Assembly: GCA_000025185.1 (NCBI GenBank)
Contig: CP001848.1
Coordinates: 2,610,001 to 2,642,000 of the forward strand
DNA length: 32,000 nt
Direction of reading: 5' to 3'
Source of the DNA: Pirellula staleyi DSM 6068
Lineage (GTDB): Bacteria; Planctomycetota; Planctomycetia; Pirellulales; Pirellulaceae
In this document: in pieces, positions 8,511 through 17,300 of the stretch
Layout of the letters: each line of letters starts with the position of its first letter
Position numbering within the stretch: position 1 is the first letter of the stretch
Notes under the pieces: model-generated
What the model saw: only the letters and a program-made list of their open reading frames with translations
What the model was told of the DNA's origin: nothing
The model's database searches: none
Translations under genes and position numbers: made by a program

Positions 8511-9401
8511 ATGTATCGAAGTCTTAACCCTAGCGGCATTGGAATTCTGGCCCGACAGAGCGAGCTCCTGGAAATCGCGCTCACACACCGATTTCTCGGT
8601 TTAGAGGTAGATATTCAGGAAGTGCTTCGCCGGGCTCAGACGAGCGGACCAGCCGCCGCCTGCCGCTATTTGGTATCTGCGAAAGTGAAGATTGGGAGCT
8701 TCGACTTGCCGGTCGACCTGCAAGCCGACGATGCCAAGTTCGAAGCCGATTTGGCCAAGCTGACACTCGTGCTGGAAGTGGCCAAAGAGCTATCGGCGGA
8801 TCGTTGCCTCGTGCCGATCCTCCCTTACAGCGAACAGCTGCCGTTTCACGAGAACTTTGCCCGGCATGCAAGCCGGCTCCAAAAACTGGCTGAAATCCTT
8901 CAGCCAGCAGGACTTAAGCTCGGCCTGCACTTGCTGGTCAATCAGCCGGTGCCCGAAGGAGCCTACGAGTTCATCACCACCACCGACCAGCTGCTGACGC
9001 TGGTCAAATCGATTCCAGCCGACAATGTCGGGATTGTGCTCGACACCTGGAACTGGGTTGTCGCCGGAGGGAGCTTTACCGATCTCGACGGGCTCGCCAA
9101 GGAGCAGATCCTCGGCGTCTTGCTCGTCGATGGGCCGGCCGCTAAGCCCGCCGCTGAGTGGACCGCTGAAGAACGGCTCGTTCCGGGGGTGGGAGGACAG
9201 ATCGATTTCGTCTCGCTGCTGTCGCAACTCGAGCAGATGGGATACGACGGTCCGGTGGCCTTGGCTCCCGACCATGCTCAGCTGAAAGGCCCGAAGCGGG
9301 AAGAAATTGTGGCCCGCGTGGCCAGCGTGATCGACGAACTGTTTGCGGCCGCTGGCGTGGCGGGCAATCCAGGCAAACGTGTCGCTCTCGGGGCCCGGTA
9401 A
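8511..9401 (+). CDS. Sugar phosphate isomerase/epimerase-like protein (xylose-isomerase-like TIM barrel)
   Basis: The track ORF starts at 8478. I prefer ATG 8511 (MYRSLNPSGIG...), which has GAAGAGGGGA just upstream. The alternating beta/alpha pattern with LGLEVD, GLKLGLH, VGIVLDTWNW and GYDGPVALAPD blocks resembles AP_endonuc_2/xylose-isomerase-like TIM barrels. The substrate is unknown. Confidence 0.7.
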   Translation: MYRSLNPSGIGILARQSELLEIALTHRFLGLEVDIQEVLRRAQTSGPAAACRYLVSAKVKIGSFDLPVDLQADDAKFEADLAKLTLVLEVAKELSADRCLVPILPYSEQLPFHENFARHASRLQKLAEILQPAGLKLGLHLLVNQPVPEGAYEFITTTDQLLTLVKSIPADNVGIVLDTWNWVVAGGSFTDLDGLAKEQILGVLLVDGPAAKPAAEWTAEERLVPGVGGQIDFVSLLSQLEQMGYDGPVALAPDHAQLKGPKREEIVARVASVIDELFAAAGVAGNPGKRVALGAR

Positions 9402-9482
9402 CGGCCGATGGTTGTTTTGAACGTATTTTCGACTCCCCGAGCCCGCTGTTGACAGCGGCTCGTGGGAAAACGATCCTGCAAA

Positions 9483-9532
9483 CTCTGGTTGTGTGGCGAA
9501 AGTTTGCCGCGTGACCAGAGTTTTTTGTTTTT
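9483..9532 (+). terminator. Strong intrinsic terminator after the isomerase-like gene
   Basis: Outer stem CTCTGGT / ACCAGAG (7 bp). The inner section continues as G.U-rich pairs and a GGCGA/TTGCC stem. TTTTTTGTTTTT follows (9521-9532). It lies 82 nt after the stop at 9401 and only 46 nt before the TTG start at 9579. Confidence 0.75.
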
Positions 9533-9578
9533 GGGGATCCGATTTCGCTGCTTCAAGGCAGCATCGTGAGCTGCTGCT

Positions 9579-10535
9579 TTGTTTTGCTACGACCGTGGGC
9601 TCCGCATTACGCCACTCGATCTCGCGGTGGATATCTGCCGCCGACAGCCTCGCGGATTTATCTCGCACGCTCACAGCGATCATATGGCGGCGCATGAACT
9701 CGCGATCGGCACGCCACTTACCGCAGCCCTCTATCGCCGGCGCTACGGCGACAAGCTGGTCCGCGAACTTCCGTTCGAACAGCCGTGGCAGTGGGACGAG
9801 TTCTCGCTTAGCACCCATCCGGCCGGGCATATCGCGGGTTCCGCGATGCTGCATGTGGCAGCGTCCGATCAATCGCTCCTCTATACCGGCGATTTTCGGC
9901 TCCGCGAGTCGATGACAGCCGAGACCCCTCGCTGTCCCCACGCCGACATCCTGGTGATGGAATGCACGTTTGGTCAGCCGCACTATAAATTTCCACCGCG
10001 GGAACTGGCGAGCGAGCAGTTGATCGACATTGTTTCGCAAACGTTGCGTCGTCAGGAAGTTCCGGTCATTCATGCCTATGTGACCGGAAAAGCTCAAGAG
10101 GTGACGGCGATCTTGGCCCACGCCGGTTTGCCGGTGAAGGTCCATCCACTGGTGGCGGAAGTGAATGCGATCACCGCAGCGCACGGCATCAAGATTGGAA
10201 ACTACGGAGTGGCGACTTCGCTGACCGAGGGCTTTGTCTATATTGCTCCGCCCCGTTCGCAAAAAGCGATGCCGCTGCTGGGGCCTGTGGCTAAGCGGAC
10301 GATCGCGGTGACCGGCTGGGCGATCGATCCCACCTGGCGAACGCGCCAGCGCTATGACTACGCGGTGGTCCTGTCCGATCATGCCGATTATGACGAGCTG
10401 CTCGAATGTGTCGATCGTGTCGCGCCCCGGCAGGTCTATTGCACGCATGGCCCAATGTCGTTTGTGGCCGACCTGCGCGAGCGGGGGATCGATGCCCATC
10501 CGCTTAATCCGCGTGATCGAGTCCTCGCTACGTAA
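9579..10535 (+). CDS. MBL-fold exonuclease-like protein (ligase-associated DNA damage response exonuclease type)
   Basis: 318-aa ORF with a TTG start. The motif order is FISHAHSDH (HxHxDH), HPAGHIAGSA, YTGDFR, MECTFGQPHYKFPP, YVTGKAQE, VTGWA, VVLSDHADYDELL, YCTHG. This matches my recollection of the ~330-aa ligase-associated MBL exonuclease family (COG1236-like). Confidence 0.8.
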   Translation: MFCYDRGLRITPLDLAVDICRRQPRGFISHAHSDHMAAHELAIGTPLTAALYRRRYGDKLVRELPFEQPWQWDEFSLSTHPAGHIAGSAMLHVAASDQSLLYTGDFRLRESMTAETPRCPHADILVMECTFGQPHYKFPPRELASEQLIDIVSQTLRRQEVPVIHAYVTGKAQEVTAILAHAGLPVKVHPLVAEVNAITAAHGIKIGNYGVATSLTEGFVYIAPPRSQKAMPLLGPVAKRTIAVTGWAIDPTWRTRQRYDYAVVLSDHADYDELLECVDRVAPRQVYCTHGPMSFVADLRERGIDAHPLNPRDRVLAT

Positions 10536-10874
10536 CGCGTAAAGCTTGCCATTGGGGTGCACTGCCTACCAGCGACACATCCTTGCTGGGGGCCGCTTTA
10601 TGCCCATCGTAGGGGCATCAACTAAGGCTCCTGTTGTGACGCTTCTGACAGCCGTACCGCGCGATCGTTTTGTGCCGGTTGTGCTATTCCATGAGTGCGT
10701 GCTGTACCGGATGTTCCGAGTCGGGATCTGCGAGACGATTCCAATGTGCCGCCTTTGCGTGCAATGACGCCGAAACCATGGACGATGTAACAGGCGTAGA
10801 AGGCGAGGGGTCACGGATTGACCCCGAAGGTTTCGCCCATCGGGTGAACGTTTCATTTCGCACACGGATGTCTC

Positions 10875-12656
10875 ATGTCTCGCCGTGCTCTCTCAACGCT
10901 GATGTTTGGCATCACTGTAGCAGCTGTGATGATCATGACGCTGCGCACGGTGCACGTCGATCGTAACGGTCGTGCCAATGATGCTTCACGCTATCCTCGC
11001 CCAGGGAAACCTGTGCCGGAACCGAGCGCCGAAGATCGTGTGGCGATGCTCCCCCCGGCGATCTTCCTGCCAACTGCCGATGCACAGCCGCTGCCGAGCG
11101 AGTTTCAGCGACTCTCCCCCAGCGAGCCTTCGTCGCAGCTCACCACCTACGATCAGTTGGCGCAGTCCACCTCGGGCGTCAGCCTGCGATTGTCTGAGCG
11201 ACCTTCCACGGGGACTGCTCCCGCGATTCGCGAACCGCTGCAAGTCGCCTCGGCTCCCGCAGGAGCTTCGAGCGGCAGTAGCGAACTCAGTCTCTCGGCG
11301 CCGGTGATCGAGAGACTCCCCCCCGTCGACGACTCGCAAAACCTCACGTCCGAATCTTCGAGCACATCCGAATCGAGCCCCGAGCGCGTGCCGAGTGCCG
11401 CAGCGGAGAGCATCACTTCGTTTCCACCTGTCACGAGCGAAGAACCACCGAGCAATGCACGCCGCTCGACCTACGGCGGGTCGGTTTCGATTCCCGAGGA
11501 TGCGATTCCCGCGATGTCCGACGTCTCTCCTTGGGTCGGTGTGAGCAGCGATGTGGCAACTCCACCTGCTCCCGCGCCAGCGATGGAGATCGATACGACA
11601 CCACTTCCGCGATCGATCGAGCCAGCACCGCCTACGCCTATGCTGCCGCCAATCAGTGGCGGCGAGCAATCGTGGCCCGCGACCGAGTCGCTTCCACCTC
11701 CAGCAGCCCCCGTGATGCCGCAGCAGCCCGCAATCTCTCAGGTAGCACCAGCAATTCCGCATCAAGCGTTCGAGCAGCCCGCGATGTCGCGCAGCACTCA
11801 GGCGGCGCTGGCTCCGGTGATGGAGCAAGCTCGCGCAATGCAAGCCAAAGCGTTTTCACTCGCGCAGCGCGGAGCCTGGTTTACGTCGCGCGCCGAAATA
11901 ATCGAGTCGCTCCGTTTGATTGCCCAGTCGCTCGATGCCCTGGAAGGTACCGACGCACACACCTCGGCGCTCACCTCGGCGATTGTCGCCATCAAAGAGG
12001 CCGACGATTTCTCTCCCCGTGCTAGCCGCCTCGAAGGGGAAGTGAACGTCGTCGAACTGGCCAAGGGACATCGCACGCCGGTGCTGCATGGCGAAACACA
12101 ACTCGTTCCCGCGATTTCGGCCATGCAGATGTACTACAACTTTGCTCAAAAGAAACTGATTGCTGCAGGTGGTGGCTATCCTGAGTCGGCCAGCGGCATG
12201 TACCTGCTGGGCCGACTGCATCAGGCATTCGCGTCGCAGTCGGGCGACAACACACGAATGCAGCTCCCCAAAGCGATGGTGTTTCACCAAGCTGCCGTGA
12301 TGACGAATCCCAAGAATCACCTGGCGGCGAACGAACTCGGGGTGCTGATGGCCAAGTATGGTCAGCTTCCGCAGGCCCGCGATCTGCTGGTGCAAAGTGT
12401 AATGGCCAGGCCGCACGTTGCCGGATGGCAGAACCTCGCGGAGGTCCATCGCCGTCTGGGGCAGATCGATCTCGCGAAACGAGCTGAGTACGAAAAAGAA
12501 ATTCTTGTTCGCAACCTGCAGCAGGCGCCTCTTCCGAGCGATTCGCCGGTGGCGTTTGTCAGTCCCGAAGTCTTTACCGCACAAAGTGGTCAAACAGCGC
12601 ACGATGCACCTGCGGCGCGAACAGCCGCCGCTCCTGATGCCGCGATGCGGAGATAA
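10875..12656 (+). CDS. N-terminally anchored Pro/Ser/Ala-rich protein with a C-terminal TPR-like domain
   Basis: 593-aa ORF. It has a TM anchor (LSTLMFGITVAAVMIMTL) followed by ~300 aa of low-complexity P/S/A/E sequence. The C-terminal ~250 aa are helical with TPR-like repeats (MYLLGRLHQAF, AANELGVLMAKYGQLPQARDLLVQSV, WQNLAEVHRRLGQIDLAKRAEYE). The stop lies 7 nt before the next ATG. Confidence 0.75.
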   Translation: MSRRALSTLMFGITVAAVMIMTLRTVHVDRNGRANDASRYPRPGKPVPEPSAEDRVAMLPPAIFLPTADAQPLPSEFQRLSPSEPSSQLTTYDQLAQSTSGVSLRLSERPSTGTAPAIREPLQVASAPAGASSGSSELSLSAPVIERLPPVDDSQNLTSESSSTSESSPERVPSAAAESITSFPPVTSEEPPSNARRSTYGGSVSIPEDAIPAMSDVSPWVGVSSDVATPPAPAPAMEIDTTPLPRSIEPAPPTPMLPPISGGEQSWPATESLPPPAAPVMPQQPAISQVAPAIPHQAFEQPAMSRSTQAALAPVMEQARAMQAKAFSLAQRGAWFTSRAEIIESLRLIAQSLDALEGTDAHTSALTSAIVAIKEADDFSPRASRLEGEVNVVELAKGHRTPVLHGETQLVPAISAMQMYYNFAQKKLIAAGGGYPESASGMYLLGRLHQAFASQSGDNTRMQLPKAMVFHQAAVMTNPKNHLAANELGVLMAKYGQLPQARDLLVQSVMARPHVAGWQNLAEVHRRLGQIDLAKRAEYEKEILVRNLQQAPLPSDSPVAFVSPEVFTAQSGQTAHDAPAARTAAAPDAAMRR

Positions 12657-12663
12657 TAAAGCC

Positions 12664-13947
12664 ATGACCATTCAAAACTGGTTTCGTCGTCGACTCGCTT
12701 GGGCTGCGCTCGGTTCACTCGCTGCTGGGGCAGCGATTGTGGCGAGCATGAGTTTCGTTCGCAGTTTGCCGCAAGTTGCCACTCTCCCCGCTGAAGTACG
12801 CGTGGTGGGTGGCGAGTCGCCACTAGTCGATGGCGCGTGGCTCTCGATCGATGCGCGCGATGCAGGCGAAGTGAAGCTCTGTCAGTTCAGCGGCAGCATG
12901 CCTTGCGGTGATGGCTGCGAAGTTCGCATCGACGGGGTCGACTGCCGCATGGGAAATGGCTGCGGCGAACCGGGCTGGGATCAGTGGAACAAGATTCCGT
13001 GGCAAGCGTTCGGAGCAGGGGAGTATGTGGGACCTGCACGAACCGCTGCCATTCCCGAGTATCGTCTCCGCACCGACGATCAAATCGAATTCATCTACCG
13101 CCTGACGCGCGAAGCAACCGCCGCCGAGTATCAACTCGAAGTGGGCGACTCGATCAAAGTCGAATCGCTCATCGATCCCGCGCTCGATCGTGATGTGGTG
13201 ATTCAGCCCGACGGCACGATCACGCTCCGTTTGCTCGGACAGATTCGTGTCGCTGGTAAAACGATCAACGCCGTGCAGATGGAACTCGAAGAGAAGTACA
13301 AGAAGTACTACAAAGTTACCGAGCTCACACTCACGCCCGTGAAAACCAATACCCGTCTCGAAGATTTGCGAGCGGCTGTCGATAGTCGCTTCTTCAGCGG
13401 TGGCCAAGGGAAACTGGTACGCGTGACACCTGAAGGGACCATCTCGCTTCCAGCGATCGGTGTCGTGATGGTGCAGAACCTCTCGCTCGAAGAAGTGAAG
13501 CGCGAAGTCGACGAACGCTATGCTCAAATTGTCGATGGTCTCGAAGTGACTCCGATTCTGCAAACGCGAGCACCACGATTCATCTACGTGCTTGGTGAAG
13601 TGCGCCAGCCAGGCCGCTTCTCGCTCGAAGCACCGACCACTGCGATGCAATCGATCGCGCTGGCTGGTGGCTGGAACAATGGTGGCAACTTGCGTCAGAT
13701 TGTGGTCTTCCGTCGAGGAGAAGATTGGCGACTCCTCGCCACGAAGCTCGATCTGCGTGGTGCCCTCTATGGCACCCGTCCTGCCCCTTCCGATGAAATC
13801 TGGCTCCGAGATAGTGATGTGGTCGTGGTTCCTGCCACGTCGCTGAAGCGTGCTAATGATGTCTTCGAGCTCGTCTTCACCAACGGTGTTTACCGCGTGT
13901 TTCCGATCAGCTTCAGCTACCAGTTTGGTACCGGCAGTACGCTGTAA
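12664..13947 (+). CDS. Polysaccharide export protein, Wza/OPX-like (Poly_export + SLBB)
   Basis: The track ORF 12418..13947 overlaps the upstream gene. ATG 12664 gives a signal/anchor N-terminus (MTIQNWFRRRLAWAALGSLAAGAAIVASMSF). The Poly_export-type block is YRLRTDDQIEF...LEVGDSIKV...VIQPDGTITLRLLGQIRVAGKTINAVQMELEEKY. The SLBB-type block is FIYVLGEVRQPGRFSLEAPTTAMQSIALAGGW. Confidence 0.85.
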   Translation: MTIQNWFRRRLAWAALGSLAAGAAIVASMSFVRSLPQVATLPAEVRVVGGESPLVDGAWLSIDARDAGEVKLCQFSGSMPCGDGCEVRIDGVDCRMGNGCGEPGWDQWNKIPWQAFGAGEYVGPARTAAIPEYRLRTDDQIEFIYRLTREATAAEYQLEVGDSIKVESLIDPALDRDVVIQPDGTITLRLLGQIRVAGKTINAVQMELEEKYKKYYKVTELTLTPVKTNTRLEDLRAAVDSRFFSGGQGKLVRVTPEGTISLPAIGVVMVQNLSLEEVKREVDERYAQIVDGLEVTPILQTRAPRFIYVLGEVRQPGRFSLEAPTTAMQSIALAGGWNNGGNLRQIVVFRRGEDWRLLATKLDLRGALYGTRPAPSDEIWLRDSDVVVVPATSLKRANDVFELVFTNGVYRVFPISFSYQFGTGSTL

Positions 13948-13992
13948 TCGCTCCTGAGCGGCAGTGGCCGCTAGCAACGTATTTGCCTGCAA

Positions 13993-14035
13993 AAGGGCCT
14001 GTTTCTTCGAGAAATAGGCCCTTCTTTGTTTCTTG
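13993..14035 (+). terminator. Strong intrinsic terminator after the wza-like gene
   Basis: 14-bp stem AAGGGCCTGTTTCT / AGAAATAGGCCCTT (one G.U pair), a small TCG-centred loop, then CTTTGTTTCTTG. It lies 46 nt after the stop at 13947. Confidence 0.75.
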
Positions 14036-14365
14036 CTGCGCGCGAGTCTGTGCGAGCGCGAAAGAAAATCGAAGAAAATATTCGCACCTGTTTCAAAGTG
14101 CTCTTGACCTGTTATTGGCTTTCCAGGTAATCACCGCACCTCATCTACCACCAGAGGATTTTGTCTACCCGATGGGATCGTTTTGGTGCTGTAGGTCCGC
14201 TCCAGCGCAGCGGCTTTCACTTTGTGCGCGCAGAAAACTTTTTGCCCTTGAAGCGACGGCAGCTTCCTGTGTAAGAGGCGTTCTGCGAGTGCGCAGGGAG
14301 ACAGGCCATGGGCTTGAGCGGACTGGCGTACATGTGGCGGGAAGGATGATCCGTCGCACCTTCGG

Positions 14366-17300
14366 GTGAGGAACATTCGAAACAGGAGAATCGCTTTGAA
14401 AGCGAGCGTGCAATTTCTGATTGGGAGTGTGGCCCTCGCCACGATGCTATCGGCATCTGTGGTACAAGGCGCCCCCCACGGCGTGGCAGCATGGACGATT
14501 GCCAACACCGCTACTGGACAGTTCGGCGCTTCCGCCGGACCGCGCCGCGAAGCCGATGACTTGCTCCGTCAGGCCCGCAAGGCACTGAAGGACGGCGACT
14601 TCGCTTTGGCCGATACCTTGATTGGTAAGGCCGAGAAGCTCAACGTTCAATACGACGCTCTCACCGAGCGCTTCTACGACACCCCTGCGAAACTTCGCAA
14701 AGTGCTCGAAGAAGAAAAGGCCAAGGCCTCGGGCAAGCCTGCGGGAGGGATGTCCCTGCCGAGTGCTCGCTTCCCTGCCTTGCTAGGTGGCAAGGATGAG
14801 CCCCAAGCTCAAGCCATTCCGGCCAGTCCCTTCCCAGCTCCAACACGCGAAGAAGCGCTGTCGCAGCTGACGAACGACTCGCAAGTGAAGGCTCGCTCGC
14901 TCCTGGCGGAAGCACGTGGCGCACTCGCCGCTGGCAACAAACCAGCTGCAATTGCGGCCTACCAAAAGGTGCTCGCGATCCCAGCCCAGTATGGCCCAAC
15001 CGACGATTCGCCACAGCGACTCGCGGCTGATATGGCACGGGCTGGCATCGACGTCACCAGCGTCGCTCCTGCCCCTTCGGCAACTTCACCGTTCATGCTT
15101 CGCCCTTCGGATATCGATCCTGCGGCGCAGCGTTTGCCTATCGACGGACAAGCTCCCGTTGCCGCTCCTGAAGCTGCGATGGTTCAGCAAAATCCAAGTC
15201 CGTATGCACTTCCTGAAGGCCCCAGCAATCCGCTGAACCCTGCCCCGCGCGTCGGTGGTGGATCGTTCCAGCCTGCTGATGCAGCTTCCCAGCCGCAGCG
15301 CATGCCAGCTCCGGAAGCTCCGACAAAAGCTGAAGCTCAGCGTCTGATTGCTCAAGCTCGATTCGCGCTCGACAAGGGTGACCTGCGAACTGCCAAGCTG
15401 TTCGCTGCTCAGGCCGAAGCGATGCGACTCCCTGCTGAAGCTTTTGGTCCTGGCGAAATTCAGCCTTGGCAAGTGATGCTCGACATCGATCGTGCTTCGC
15501 AGCAGCGTGGTGGTGTTCAGCTCGCCAACAACGAAGTCCCCGCCGCACCTGCTGGTGGTGGCTATCCTGTCACACAAGGGATGTACAACCCTGGCCAAGA
15601 TAACTCGCGCAACGTGGCTGCCAGCAGCACCGCTGCCGTGCTCAACCGCCAAGGTGGTTCGCCTGGTGCAGCACTGTACGAAGAAGGGCTCGCCGCACTT
15701 CAGAATCAAGATCGCGAAACCGCATTTGCCAAGTTCAAAGAAGCTTGGAAATTCGAATCGCAGCTCGATCCCGAAACGCGTCAGCAGCTGAAGGACAAGC
15801 TGAACTCGATGAGTGCAGCTGTCAATCCTCTGCCGCTGCAGCCACTCGATGGTCAGCCTTCGCCTCTCGAGCAAGTGAATTCGCAGCAAGAGTTGCTTCG
15901 TCAGAAGCTCTATCGCGAGATTTCGAGCGAAGTGAAGTCGGCCGAGCAATTGGCTGCTTCGGAACCTCGCACGGCTCTCGAGAACCTCAACAAACTGCGG
16001 ACTCGCATCGCCTCGGCCGAGGTGGAACCAGCCGCTCTGAAACAACTTTTGACGATCGTCGACCGCAAGGTCAGCGAACTCACGATCTACATCGAACAGA
16101 ACGAATCGACCATCAGCAACGACGAGCGTAATGCCTCGATCCGCGCCGATCTGGTTCGCAGCGAGCAGCTGAAACTGCAGACGCAGGACAAGTTGGCTCA
16201 ACTGGTCGAGAACTTCAACGAACTGATGGATCAACGACGCTTCCCTGAAGCAGAAGTGATTGCCAAGCAAGCTCGCGAGATTGCACCGAACGAGCCTGTG
16301 GTGGTGAACATGGTCGAGAAGTCGCGACTGGCTCGTGGCATCTACGAATCGATGATGACCGACGAAGCAAAGGCCACCAACTTCATCGCTGCGATGGAGA
16401 GCGTGCACCAGTCGGGGGTTGCCTTCGACGATCGCACGCCACTCGTCTTCGGCGACGCTAAGAAATGGTCGGAGCTGACTCGTTCGCGCAAGAGCTTGCT
16501 CGAGCGTCGTACGAAACTCTCGCCTGCGGAACTAGAAATCGAACGTTCGCTCGGCAAGCCGATCGAAGCTCGATTCGAGAATCGTCCCCTCTCGGAAGTG
16601 CTCGATACGCTGGGCAAGATGACCGGCATCAACATCTTCCTCGATCCGCAAGGATTGCATGCGGAAGGTGTGACGAGCGATACTCCGGTTTCGCTGAACC
16701 TGCAGCAGCCGATTTCGCTCAAGAGCGCTTTGAACTTGCTCCTCGAGAATCACGGCCTGAGCTATGTGATTCAGAACGAAGTGCTCCGCATCACCAGCGA
16801 GCAGACACGTAACTCGAACGTCTACCCACAGACCTACTATGTGGCCGACCTCGTGATTCCGATTCCGAACTTCGTCCCCAGCTATAACATCGGTTTGCCG
16901 GGTGCGATTCGCGAAAGTCTGAACTCGATGGGCTACGGCATGCCAGCCCGTGCGATGTCGACTGGTCCTCTCACCTTGGCTCAAGGCGAGGACAACAAAG
17001 CAGCCACACCAAGCAACGCTTCGGTGCTTGCTCAAATGGGTGCTGCCAACGTGCTCCCTGGTTCCGGCGCTCAGCGTGGTCCAACCTCGCTCGGTGGCGG
17101 TCCCGGTGGTATGGGTGGTGGTGTGCAAGCTGACTTCGATACGCTGATCGAACTGATCACGTCGACGATTGCTCCCACCACGTGGGACGAAGTCGGTGGT
17201 CCAGGCTCGATCTCGGGCTTCGATGTGAACCTCAGCCTCGTCGTTAGCCAGACGCAAGAAGTGCACGAACAGATCGCCGATCTGCTCGAACAGCTTCGCC

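Noticed and set aside
8790-10562. 590-aa minus-strand ORF spanning two + strand genes and their intergenic region
   Set aside because: It is antisense to the well-supported isomerase-like and MBL genes. The translation is Arg/His/Gln-rich with no motifs, which is typical shadow-ORF composition in GC-rich DNA. It also runs straight through a strong + strand terminator.
12418-12663. 82-codon 5' extension of the wza-like ORF overlapping the TPR gene
   Set aside because: The extension is out of frame with, and inside, the better-supported upstream CDS. ATG 12664 gives a proper signal/anchor sequence 7 nt after the upstream stop.
12823-13992. 389-aa minus-strand ORF inside the wza-like gene
   Set aside because: It is an antisense shadow with no motifs, and it overlaps the + strand terminator.
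13983-14508. ORFs of 82-128 aa on both strands in the secretin leader
   Set aside because: They overlap one another and the terminator, their composition is Cys/Arg-rich, and they have no start context or motifs.
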